This document shows, piece by piece, positions 51,143-60,678 of a DNA stretch of 64,000 nucleotides. A model generated the notes under the pieces. The model saw only the letters and a program-made list of their open reading frames with translations, was not told the origin of the DNA and searched no databases. Both the position numbers and the translations under genes were made by a program. Position 1 is the stretch's first letter, and each line of letters begins with the position of its first letter. This DNA comes from Dehalococcoidia bacterium. Its GTDB lineage: Bacteria; Chloroflexota; Dehalococcoidia; UBA6926. The stretch is taken from contig CBDBNN010000003.1 in NCBI GenBank assembly GCA_965207895.1, positions 1,111,268 through 1,175,267 on the forward strand, read 5' to 3'.

Positions 51143-52936
51143 ATGAGTGAACGAACCGACCTGATACCCGTCGCCCTCTACGCCAGGGTCTCCAGTGACC
51201 GCCAGGACGTGGACCTGTCCGTGGCCGCCCAGATGCGGGCGCTCAGGGACTACGCCCAGAAGAACGGCTACGTCGTGGCAAGGGAGTACGTGGACGAGGC
51301 CGAGAGCGGCAGGATCGCCGACCGGCCCCAGTTCCAGAAGATGCTGGACGAGGCGGGCAAGCCCGAGGCCCCGTTCCAGGAGATTTTGGTCTGGAAGTTT
51401 AGCAGGTTCACCCGCAAGCGGGAGCACGCCGTCGCCTTCAAGTCCATGCTCCGCAGACGAGGCATCCGCGTCGTCTCCATCACCGAGCACGCCGACGACT
51501 CTCCCACCGGCAAGCTCATGGAGGCCATCATCGAGTCGGTGGACGAGTTCTACAGCGCCAATCTCGCAGAGGAGGTCTCCCGTGGGATGCGGGAGGCCGC
51601 GTCCAGGGGCTTCTGGGTCGCCACCTTCGCCCCCTACGGCTACCGCAAGGTCTACGTCCAGGACGGGGCCAAGAAGCGCCCCAAGCTGGAGCCGGACCCG
51701 CCCGCCGACGCCGTGGTCAAGCGCGTCTTCGACATGGCCCTCCGGGGTCAAAGCTCCCTGGACATTACCAAGACCCTCAACGCCGAGGGCGTCCCCTCTC
51801 CCAGGGGCAAGCAGTGGCTCAAGAGCGCCGTCCACACCATGCTCACCAACGAAGCCTACACCGGCGTTCTGGTGTGGGGAACCAAGGCGAAGGAAAACGG
51901 GGAGCCGGTGCGGGTGGAGAAGGCGTTTCCCGCCCTCGTCTCCAAGACCAAGTACCGCCAGGTGAGACGGCTCCTCAAGTCCCGCGCTCCCAAGGTCGTC
52001 CACCCCCGCCGGGCCTCCAGCCCCTACCTGCTGAACGGGCTGGTCAAGTGCCAGAGGTGCAGGAAGGCCCTCACCGCCGCCGAAGCCAAGGGCGGCAAGT
52101 ATACCTACTACGTCTGCCACTCCCTGCTCAAGAAGGGCAGCGGCGCCTGCACCACCCCCAGGCTCAACGCCAAGCGATTCGAAGGACTGATTGTGGAAAA
52201 CATCCGGGACAACATCCTCACCGAGTCCAACATCACCGAACTGGTCAAGATCGTGGACGAGGAGATGGACGGGGTGGCCAGGGAGCAGCGCCAGCGGCTG
52301 AAGGTCGTCGAGGAGGAGCTGGATGAGGTGAAGCGGCGGCTGGGGCGCATCTGGCAGGTGATCGAGACGACCGAGATCGAGATGGCCGACGCCACGGACC
52401 GCATCAAGGAGCACCGGGAGCGCAAAGAGAAGCTGGAGGCCGCCGCCGAGGATGCCAGGGCCATGCTGTCGAAGCGCAGGGTGACGCTGGACAAGGTGGA
52501 GACCATCGCGGCCTTCGCTCTGGACATGAGCAAGTTCCTCAGGAAGAGCGAGACCACCGAGTCGCGGGCCTTCATCCGGTCCTTCGTCAGCGAGATCGAG
52601 GTCAGGCCCGGCAGGGCGACGATCCACTACAGCATACCCACCCCGGAGGACTCTCCCATAGGCGGGGCTGACCTTGCGGAGGTCACCCTCGGCAGGGGAG
52701 TTCGCAGTATGGGAGTCGCTGGTGGGCTACCGTTTACGGAAGATACCACCGAGCCGTTCAGCGGTATCTGCTGCACTTTTTTTCCTGGAATCAAGCTATC
52801 GTCCGGCATGGGGACGGCGTATCGGACGACGGCGTTGTCAGGCAGGAGTTCGATCTCCCTGACGAAGGTCTCGATGAAGGCCCGGCGCTCGGTCAGCTCG
52901 CTCTCCTTCAGGAACCTGCTCATGTCCTTGGCGTAG
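51143..52936 (+). CDS. Large serine recombinase (element A)
   Basis: YARVSS, KFSRFTR, APYGY, zinc ribbon CxxC...C...C, coiled coil; the last ~70 codons read antisense into the other recombinase. Confidence 0.93.
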   Translation: MSERTDLIPVALYARVSSDRQDVDLSVAAQMRALRDYAQKNGYVVAREYVDEAESGRIADRPQFQKMLDEAGKPEAPFQEILVWKFSRFTRKREHAVAFKSMLRRRGIRVVSITEHADDSPTGKLMEAIIESVDEFYSANLAEEVSRGMREAASRGFWVATFAPYGYRKVYVQDGAKKRPKLEPDPPADAVVKRVFDMALRGQSSLDITKTLNAEGVPSPRGKQWLKSAVHTMLTNEAYTGVLVWGTKAKENGEPVRVEKAFPALVSKTKYRQVRRLLKSRAPKVVHPRRASSPYLLNGLVKCQRCRKALTAAEAKGGKYTYYVCHSLLKKGSGACTTPRLNAKRFEGLIVENIRDNILTESNITELVKIVDEEMDGVAREQRQRLKVVEEELDEVKRRLGRIWQVIETTEIEMADATDRIKEHRERKEKLEAAAEDARAMLSKRRVTLDKVETIAAFALDMSKFLRKSETTESRAFIRSFVSEIEVRPGRATIHYSIPTPEDSPIGGADLAEVTLGRGVRSMGVAGGLPFTEDTTEPFSGICCTFFPGIKLSSGMGTAYRTTALSGRSSISLTKVSMKARRSVSSLSFRNLLMSLA

Positions 52937-54318
52937 GCCGTGATGGTATTCACGTCGTCGAGGACAGCCCTACGCCGGGCCAGGATCGCCCTCGCCCCCT
53001 CTGCGGCGGACTCAAGGCGCTGCTGCCGCTCCTTGTGGTCCTGGATGCGGTCGGCGAAATGGGCCATGTCGAACTCGGTCGTCGTCTCCACCAGCTCGTA
53101 GAGCCGGTCGAGCCTGCCCCGCACGTCGGCAAGCTCCGACTCGATGGTCTCCAGCCGCTTGCGCTCATCGCCGGCCACGTCGTCCATCTGCTCGTCCACC
53201 ACGTTGACCAGGCTCCGGATGTTGCCCTCGGTCAGGATGTTGGAGCGGATCAGCCCGACTATCAGCTCCTCGAACTGACGGGCGTCCACCCTGGGCGAGT
53301 CGCAGGAGCCTGGGGCGCGCTTCACGAAGGAGTGGCAGACGTAGTAGGGAAAGGTGCCCCTGCTGGAGTAGCGGCCAGAGAGCGCCCTCCTGCACCGGTA
53401 GCACTTGACCAAGCCGCTCAGCAGGAAGGTGCTTCCCACCCTGCGGGGGTGGGTGTTCCTGGGGGCGCGGGAGCGCATTATCCTGTTCACCCGGTCGAAC
53501 TGGTCCCCGGTGACGGTGGCGGGGAACGCGCCCTCCACCCGCACCGGGTCTGCACCGTCGCTGGCGTTGTTGCCCCATACGAGGGTTCCCAGGTACGCTT
53601 CGTTTCTGAGGATGTTGTGGACGGTGGGCTTGTTCCAGAGCTTCCCCCTGGGGCTCTTGATGCCCTCGTCGTTGAGGATGCGGACTATCTTCATCATCCC
53701 CTTGCGGGACTCGGCCAGGTCGAAGATGCGCTTGACGACGCCGTTGGTTTCGGGGTCGGGTTGGAGGGTGGGCCTCTCCTTGGGGCCGTCCTGGACCTTG
53801 ACCTTCCTGTAGCCGTAGGGTGCCATGGGAGCGACCCAGAAGCCGCGGGACGCCGCCTCCCTCATGCCCCGCAAGACCTCCATCCCAAGATTTTCCGAGT
53901 AAAACTCGTCCACGGTCTCGATGATGCCCTCAAGCAGCCTGCCGGTGGGGTTGTCCTCGGCCTGCTCGGTGATGGAGACGACGCGGAGGCCCTTTCGTCT
54001 GAGCATGGACTTGAGCACGACGGCGTGCTCCCGCTTGCGGGTGAATCTACTGAATTTCCAGACCAAAATCTCCTCAAAAGGGGCCTCGGCTCTCTTGGCC
54101 TCGTCGATCATCTTCTGGAACTCTGGGCGGTTCAGCACGCGTCCGCTCTCCGCCTCGTCCACGTACTCCCTGACGACCTGGTAGCCGTTCTTTTGGGCGT
54201 GGTCCCTGAGCGCCCTGAGCTGGGCGGAGACGGACAGGTCCACGTCCTGTCTGTCGCTGGAAACCCTAGCGTAGAGGGCCACGGGCGTGCGGTCGGTCTG
54301 TTCGGTCTTGCTGCTCAT
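52627..54318 (-). CDS. Large serine recombinase (element B)
   Basis: YARVSS, KFSRFTR, APYGY, CYRC...YYVC...C; paralog of 51143-52936. Confidence 0.93.
   Translation of the reverse strand: MSSKTEQTDRTPVALYARVSSDRQDVDLSVSAQLRALRDHAQKNGYQVVREYVDEAESGRVLNRPEFQKMIDEAKRAEAPFEEILVWKFSRFTRKREHAVVLKSMLRRKGLRVVSITEQAEDNPTGRLLEGIIETVDEFYSENLGMEVLRGMREAASRGFWVAPMAPYGYRKVKVQDGPKERPTLQPDPETNGVVKRIFDLAESRKGMMKIVRILNDEGIKSPRGKLWNKPTVHNILRNEAYLGTLVWGNNASDGADPVRVEGAFPATVTGDQFDRVNRIMRSRAPRNTHPRRVGSTFLLSGLVKCYRCRRALSGRYSSRGTFPYYVCHSFVKRAPGSCDSPRVDARQFEELIVGLIRSNILTEGNIRSLVNVVDEQMDDVAGDERKRLETIESELADVRGRLDRLYELVETTTEFDMAHFADRIQDHKERQQRLESAAEGARAILARRRAVLDDVNTITAYAKDMSRFLKESELTERRAFIETFVREIELLPDNAVVRYAVPMPDDSLIPGKKVQQIPLNGSVVSSVNGSPPATPILRTPLPRVTSARSAPPMGESSGVGML
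52700..52749. other. Recombination junction/att site between the two recombinase genes
   Basis: GTTCGCAGTAT-N13-GG(52724-52725)-N13-GAAGATACCAC; left arm is the reverse complement of the ATACTGCGAAC arms upstream. Confidence 0.65.
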
Positions 54319-54335
54319 GTGTGCGTCCTCCTGTT

Positions 54336-54533
54336 TCATTTGCTCTTGTTTCTGCGGGCCTCGGCCCGTTGTCGGCGTTCCTGGATGCGCCACTCCCTCT
54401 CCTCCATGTACAGGCGTATGGCCTCGCGGAGAAGCTCGCTCACGGTGCGCTGTTCATCCTTGACCACCTGCCGCACCTGTTGGGCCAGCTCCGGCGGCAG
54501 AGAGAAGGTGATGGTGTCGGTGGTCCTGGGCAT
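54336..54533 (-). CDS. Ribbon-helix-helix (CopG-like) regulator
   Basis: Paralog of 49777-49992, identical over DEQRTVSELLREAIRLYMEEREWRI. Confidence 0.85.
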   Translation of the reverse strand: MPRTTDTITFSLPPELAQQVRQVVKDEQRTVSELLREAIRLYMEEREWRIQERRQRAEARRNKSK

Positions 54534-54575
54534 GGTGGGTATCATCCCCTTTTTTGCCTGTCGAGATATCGCTCA

Positions 54576-54616
54576 GTCTTACTCTTATCATGAACGAATC
54601 AGGCCGCCGAGTCAAG
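54576..54616 (-). promoter_or_regulatory. Putative sigma70 promoter and operator of the RHH-recombinase operon
   Basis: TTGACT-N17-CATGAT followed by AGAGTAAGAC; equivalent TTGACG-N18-GATGAT..AGAGTAAGAC at 49705-49746 (+). Confidence 0.5.
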
Positions 54617-54667
54617 GTTCGCGCCCCTGTATCGGGCAGTCCAAACAGGGTAAAATCGGGGCGAGAT

Positions 54668-55450
54668 ATGTCTACGCTGAGGCTCATCCTGTTGGAGGTA
54701 TTCAGGCGGTTTCTGTGGAAGCCGCTGCTGCTGGCGATCATGGTCGCTGGCCTGGCGGCTACGCTGCTCGCGTGCAGCGACGACGCGGAGCCGGTGCTGC
54801 TGGCCACAGAGGGCGACTACCGCCCCTTCAACTTCATCAACGACGACGGTGAGATCGACGGGCTGGAACGGGAGCTCGGCGACGAGCTCTGCCGCAGGGC
54901 CGGGCTTGAGTGCGAGTGGGCGCTGAACGACTGGGAGAGCATGATCCCGGACCTTGTGGCGGGGGAGTTCGACGCCATCATGGCAGGCATGAGCATCACC
55001 GACAAGCGCGACATGACCATCGACTTCACCGAGCCGTACTACCCTCCCACTCCCTCCGTCTACCTGGCACTGTCGGGCGCGGGCGACGATGCAGTTGAGG
55101 GTAAGCTCGGAGCCTACGCCAACACCATCTACTCGGACTACTTCACCGAACGGGGCATCGCGTACGTGGAGTTCAACGACGAGGACGACCGGCTGGCGGC
55201 GCTTCTGAACGGCGACATCGACGCGATGCTGGTGGACCACGCCTACGCCACGGACAGGCTCTCGGAGTACGAGGGGCGGCTGACCGTAGTCGGCCCCTCC
55301 GTGCTGCTGGACCGGGGCATAGGCATAGGCGTGCGCAACGACAACGAGTTGCTGGCGAAGCTGAACTCTGCCCTCGCGTCGATGAAGGCGGACGGTTCCC
55401 TGAACGAGCTCATCCGCAAGTGGGTGGGCGAGGACGCCTCGACCTTCTAG
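54668..55450 (+). CDS. Polar amino-acid ABC transporter substrate-binding lipoprotein
   Basis: LLAC lipobox, TEGDYRPFNF, FDAIMAGMSIT, DFTEPYY; close paralog of the N-terminal domain of 42605. Confidence 0.88.
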   Translation: MSTLRLILLEVFRRFLWKPLLLAIMVAGLAATLLACSDDAEPVLLATEGDYRPFNFINDDGEIDGLERELGDELCRRAGLECEWALNDWESMIPDLVAGEFDAIMAGMSITDKRDMTIDFTEPYYPPTPSVYLALSGAGDDAVEGKLGAYANTIYSDYFTERGIAYVEFNDEDDRLAALLNGDIDAMLVDHAYATDRLSEYEGRLTVVGPSVLLDRGIGIGVRNDNELLAKLNSALASMKADGSLNELIRKWVGEDASTF

Positions 55451-55553
55451 CCGGCGCCGCCGGAGAATCTGCCCGCCCATACTCAGGGCGGTGGTCGCAT
55501 CGGTCGCCCTCTGGCTGGTGGAGTTTCTTCCCTCATGCCGCATCGCAGCAGCC

Positions 55554-55820
55554 TCAGACGCCATGCTCTTGACCTCGCTCGGCCTCAAGGCCATCTAGCT
55601 TCCGTCCCTCGCCGTCGTCCTCAATGGCTTGGGGCCGTGGCGATGTTTCCGCCCTCTCCTCCAGGTAGGAGCGGATGGCGACGCGGGCCAGGATGCGCAG
55701 CCCCTTCAGTACCGCCCTGCGATGCTGTGGGGTGTAGGACGGCATGGAAAGCTCCAGGGCCTCTTCAAGCTCCCGGCCTCTGAGCGTCTTTCGTCTTCTC
55801 TTTTCTCTGGTGTCTTTCAT
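55554..55820 (-). CDS. Small protein of mobile element B
   Basis: YTPQHRRAVLKGLRILARVAIRSYL is homologous to 46588-46800. Confidence 0.6.
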   Translation of the reverse strand: MKDTREKRRRKTLRGRELEEALELSMPSYTPQHRRAVLKGLRILARVAIRSYLEERAETSPRPQAIEDDGEGRKLDGLEAERGQEHGV

Positions 55821-55929
55821 GGGTCACAATCGCAGCGGTCAATCGTCGGGCCGCTGGCCTCTCGTTGTCAGGTATGGGAGTGGTCCGCCATCGCGGACAG
55901 GCGGGACGCAGCTTCAGGTTGTGTCATCG

Positions 55930-56196
55930 CTATTCCTCCAGTCTGAAAAGGTCGTTGAAGTCGTCCACTCCCAAGGCCTTCTGCATCCGCTCCCGGATGC
56001 GGCCGGAAGGGGCTCGCCCCGCGTTCACCAGCATCGAGAGGTAGCCGGGGCTTATCCCGGTCTCCCGCGCGAGCCAGGACTGGGAGCGGTTCAGCAGAGC
56101 CAACCGCCTCCAGAGCGCCGCCGCGTCGAGCCGGACGACCGCCCGTCCTCCACGCCTTCGGTGATCTTCCTGCTCGTTGGCCTTCAGTGGTTTCAT
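55930..56196 (-). CDS. XRE family HTH regulator
   Basis: SQSWLARETGISPGYLSMLVNAGRAPS. Confidence 0.85.
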   Translation of the reverse strand: MKPLKANEQEDHRRRGGRAVVRLDAAALWRRLALLNRSQSWLARETGISPGYLSMLVNAGRAPSGRIRERMQKALGVDDFNDLFRLEE

Positions 56197-56238
56197 CGTT
56201 CCGGCTCCTATCGGTTCAGCGATTCAAGGGAGTTGCAA

Positions 56239-57990
56239 CAGAGTCTGAACAAACGAAACGGGGTTGAATACTAGCCACGACGACGTGGGACGGAAGGGGG
56301 TGCTGGACGCCCCTCCCTCCGGCTCCCACCCTGCGGGAATCTTGGAAATCGGCCTCCGGCCTGATGCACCGTGGGTGTACAGGAGATCGAGTTTTGTCTG
56401 TGATACGTCAAACGGGTCGCTGCAAAGCTGAAACAGGGGTAAATCACCTCCCTACCGGACGTAACCTGTGAACACTTCGTTGAAAGTCCCCAGTCCGGTT
56501 GAAATCGAGAAAATGCGATTGACGTGGGGGTGCATGACGCGGCCCAAAATCGGCGGCCAATCGGAAAACGGGCCGAAAAAGCCGTTCGATGTGGGGGTGC
56601 GTGCCGTCCGGCGAAAGACTGACCGGACCGGAGCGTAGTTCCCGGTGGAATGAGTCGTCCTGCCGAACGGAGCTTCAACTTCAGCGCCAACTCGCTCACC
56701 TCCTGTGGTTTGCTGTGGTTCATCGGATCGCAGCCCTTGCCAGAGAGTGTGAACAAATCAAGCGCCGAAAAAGACCTCACGCATGGTGGCACCACGCATG
56801 GTCTGCAATCGGGGAGCCGTTTCTTGCAGTAGCGGGGGTGTACAGGAAATGGAGTTTGGTGACTGACTGGTCAAAGTCGTGATTTCGTAGCTGAATCAGG
56901 GGCAAAACCCTCTCTACTGGACGTGAGCGGTGAGCAATCTGGTGAAAGGGCGGATTCCGGTCTCCGATGACAAAAAGAGGCTTGAGGTGTGGGTATGTGA
57001 CGCGGGCAAATTCGGCGGCCCGATGACAAAAGCGGCCCAAAAGGCCGCTTGAGGTGGGGGTGCGTGACGCCGGACGGGATAGATTCCGAAGCCGGAACGA
57101 GTTCCCCGTCAAGAACGAAGAGTCGATGAGGACGACCCAACACGGCGTCGAGGACGGCGGGGACTTCGAGAACGTGTACCACATGAGACTCTTGGACCTC
57201 CTGAAAGAGCTGGCGTGAAAGCTGGGCAACGACAGCACCGAGGCACGCTTCAACGGGCCGCAGCACTCCGCAAGAGAGTGTGAACAACGGATATGCGATC
57301 CGGAACCTCCCATGCGCAGGTGCGGAGATGCACCTGCACGCGTGGGGTTACGAAACCGCACCCTTCGCGCTGTAGCTGGGGTGTACAGGGAAGTGGTGTT
57401 GGGTTGGAAAATCCAAGTGAGGTCATTTCGTAGCTGGAGCAGGAGGAAATAGCCTCCTATTGGACGTAACTGGGAAGCACTTTGGGGGAAGGGCTCCTTC
57501 CGGCAGTGACTTGGAAAACCACGGTGTCAGAGTTGGATATTCCAACTGCGAAGACATGGGCCGGACTTGGAAGAGTCTCGAATGAAACTTGGATTCTCCA
57601 GGTGAGAAGGCTTTGGACACGCGGGAGAGTGTGAACAAACGAAAAACGCTTGGATACTATCCACGGTGTGCATCGCCAGTGATGCACCCTCCGAGGTCGT
57701 CGTGAATCGCCCTGACAGACGCAGTGGTAGGGGTGTACAGGAAACTGAGTTTTGTGAGGAATCGAAGAGTCGGTCGCGGCAAAGCTGAAATAGCCGTAAA
57801 CAGCCCCCTACAGGACGTGCTCAGTGAACGACTTTTTGAAAGAGTGCGTTCAGGTCAATCTGCTCAAAACCCGTTGGATGGTGGGGGGCACGCATCGCGG
57901 GAAGTCGGCGGGTGGAGCGTAAAACGGGGCGATAAACACCGGGGACGTGGGGGAGTATGACGCCGGGCGGCAACCGGGGGCCAACGGCCT
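56239..57990. repeat. Four degenerate long non-coding repeat units (periods 463, 543, 352 bp)
   Basis: GAGT(G/C)TGAACAA, then GGGTGTACAGG (56373, 56836, 57379, 57731), then AGCTG...CTANNGGACGT, in the same order in each unit. Confidence 0.8.
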
Positions 57991-59349
57991 GGCCGGGATG
58001 GTGTGGAGACCGTGATAGGACCGGTCAATAGCTCCTGGTCGTCACTGGATGGGACTTGGCGCAAGGCCGCGCTCTCCGGCACGCGGAGGGCACGGGAGAA
58101 TGGGGAGTGTATGGATACACTGAGGCGCTTGCTGTCCCTGTGGCTATGGTCGAAGTGACAGGCTTGACTATGCACAAGGTCGGATCGTCAAGGATGTGAA
58201 CTTTAGTTGAAGTGGATATGAACTAAATCAACCGATCTGGGCCATAACGCCGTCAAAGCCTTCTCAACGCCGCGACGGTCTGCTAATAATGGTTGCACTG
58301 TTTGGCTTTCTCCAAGGTTTCCGACCATAGAAACCTGGGTGCGTGATCCCTGTTGCACGGGCTTTGCCCAAGAGGGAATGCTGGCGATGCGGAGTGACAA
58401 GCCCTTCGCAACCAGCGCGGGCCGATTCGACGGAGTGAACAAGCCCTCCGTTCTCGGCTCAGTCCAGAGGGCTGAAGTTTGACGTTGGTCCTTCACCCGC
58501 TGGGCAATCGTCCGGCGCATCGGAGTTGATCGCTCCGGTTGCTGGGCACAGGTCCAACGGCTGGGGTTGATCACCTCAACGTCGGACCCATGGGACTCGG
58601 TGTGCGTTCAGCGTCTCGCCCCCGGCAAACTGGTTGAAGTGCGCCTGTCGCCTCGGCTAGTTCAGCATGTCTGCGGTCAGGCTGGCAAACAGCTAGGCTA
58701 CAGCTTCGCAACGCGCCGGTCTGTAGCTCTGAGCAGGCTGGCCGCTTCACGTCCCGCAGCTTTCCCGTTGTCGTTGTTCACCTCGGGCCGGACTGCGTCC
58801 TCTTCTCGTTGCGTCATCCTGTGGTTTGCGCCGCAGGTCAGACGCTTCCCCTCATCGCGGCTTCTTCCCGACTGACGATGCTCGTCCTGGGCCGAGCTGC
58901 GCCTTTCGCATTCCACTCCGTAACACGCGTCCGGCATTCGACCGTGGGCGGAGTGCGTCTTCCGTCGAACGATCCCATCACGCACGCACAACCCACGCCA
59001 CGGATGCCGCGCGGGTCAACAACCAGAAGGAGGTGCACATGCACATTGAGTAACCGGTAGGCGAGGTCGAGGGCGTCGCAGTCTGCTTCGGCAGCTTTGG
59101 CGTCTCGACATACGGCCTGGAGTCCACTTCGTCGCTGACGATCGGGGCTTCCGGCTTCTCGCATACAAGACCCATAGCAGTTGGCGAGCACAGGGCCGCT
59201 TCTCTTCACCAAGAGGAGCGGCCCTTCTCTTTGCAAACACAAACCCACGGAGACAGTCCCGGCATTCGGGACAACCAATTCGAGCGGGACTGTCTCCACC
59301 CCACGGGGGTGGTGGGCCGTCCCGCTTCTTCATTGAAAGGAGAAGCGAC

Positions 59350-60507
59350 ATGACGACGGCAACCACGACGAGGACCAATAGGACCAAGGACACGGAAACC
59401 ACGACGGATGCGGCGGCGCCCGCCGAGCGCAGGGGCAGGCCCGAGAGCGAGCTCAGGGCGGCGGCCCGCAAGCGCGGCCTCACCTTGAAGGAGCTTGCGG
59501 CCCTGATGGGCGTCAGCGCAAGCCACCTGTCCCAGGTCGGCACAGGCAAGAAGCCCTGGACCCCCAACCTGCGGGAGAAGGCGATGGCCGTGCTGGGAGA
59601 GGTCCCTGGGCAGGGGATCGTCTACCGACAGACCCGCGAGGTAGATGCAGAAAGTACCTTCATCCGGGAGCGCGCACGCGAGATAGGAATCACCATGCTG
59701 GAACTGTCCGACCGGTCGGGAGTGAGCTACGGCTACCTGACGCAGGTGGCAAGGGGACGCCGGAACATGGGACCCAAGGTGCAGGCCAGCATCGAGTCGG
59801 TCCTGAACGCTCCGGCCAGGGTCGCCCCCGCACAGTGCGCCAACCGCCAGGGTGACGTGATCGAGAGTGAGGCCAGCAGCTTCATCAGGGAGACCGCCCG
59901 CGCCCTCGGACTAACCATGAGGGAGCTGGCCGAGAAGGTCGGCGTGTCCGCCGGGTACCTCAGCCAGGTGTCCAGAGGGCACCGTAGCATGGGGGTGAAG
60001 CTCCAGGCCAGGGTCGAGGCCATGCTTGGGGGACGGGCGAAGGTCGAGTCCGCCATGTGCCCGGACATCGACCGGCAGTTCATCTGGGAGCGGATGGACG
60101 AGTTGAACGTGAGCCAGAACGAGGTGGCGCGTAGGGCGGGCATCAGCTCCGGCCACCTCTCCCAGATCATGAACGGCAGAAGCACCCCGTCAGCCGTGGT
60201 CCTCAGGAAGCTGCACGGGGCGCTGTTCCGGCGGGCGGAGGACTCGGAGCGGGTGATGCCCGTGGCCTTGAAGGTGCTGGGCTGGAAGAAGGGGGAGCGC
60301 AGCGGGATGGTGGTGCACGGCGCTCGCGGCAGGGATGGCACGGCCAGGGGCGGCGCGGTCCGCGTCGGCGGGCGCGTGCCCTGGGGAGCGGAGGTGGAGT
60401 ACGCCTTCCGCGCCGGGTACGACGGCGCAGGGAAGGTGTCCGTGGATCACGTGGTCGCCCCGGGCTACTCCGCACTGCTGACACAGCCCCAGGCCGGAGC
60501 CGCGTAA
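59350..60507 (+). CDS. Protein with four tandem XRE-type HTH domains and an unknown C-terminal domain
   Basis: Four repeats resembling LT.xELAxxxGVSxxxLSQ; GAAAGGAG RBS. Confidence 0.82.
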   Translation: MTTATTTRTNRTKDTETTTDAAAPAERRGRPESELRAAARKRGLTLKELAALMGVSASHLSQVGTGKKPWTPNLREKAMAVLGEVPGQGIVYRQTREVDAESTFIRERAREIGITMLELSDRSGVSYGYLTQVARGRRNMGPKVQASIESVLNAPARVAPAQCANRQGDVIESEASSFIRETARALGLTMRELAEKVGVSAGYLSQVSRGHRSMGVKLQARVEAMLGGRAKVESAMCPDIDRQFIWERMDELNVSQNEVARRAGISSGHLSQIMNGRSTPSAVVLRKLHGALFRRAEDSERVMPVALKVLGWKKGERSGMVVHGARGRDGTARGGAVRVGGRVPWGAEVEYAFRAGYDGAGKVSVDHVVAPGYSALLTQPQAGAA

Positions 60508-60678
60508 GGAAGACGGCCCAGAGTAGGCCGCACACACAACGAGGCCCGCACATGCGCGGGCCTCGCATATCCAACAAGACGCCTGGGGGCGTTGCCGGGA
60601 CCCCAGCGCTCCCACGGGGGGCCGCCCTGCGGGTTCCGACGGCGTCCTCCGGTCACCAAGCATCAGGAGGACGACACC

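Noticed and set aside
50537-54852. Long antisense ORFs (50537-52627 minus, 53035-54852 plus)
   Set aside because: Shadow frames of the GC3-rich recombinase genes, with no protein motifs.
56239-57990. CRISPR array
   Set aside because: Conserved blocks are only 11-14 bp, periods are 350-540 bp and irregular, and there are no cas genes in the window.
58000-59190. Several short ORFs between the repeat array and the 4xHTH gene
   Set aside because: No consistent codon bias, RBS or motif; left unannotated.
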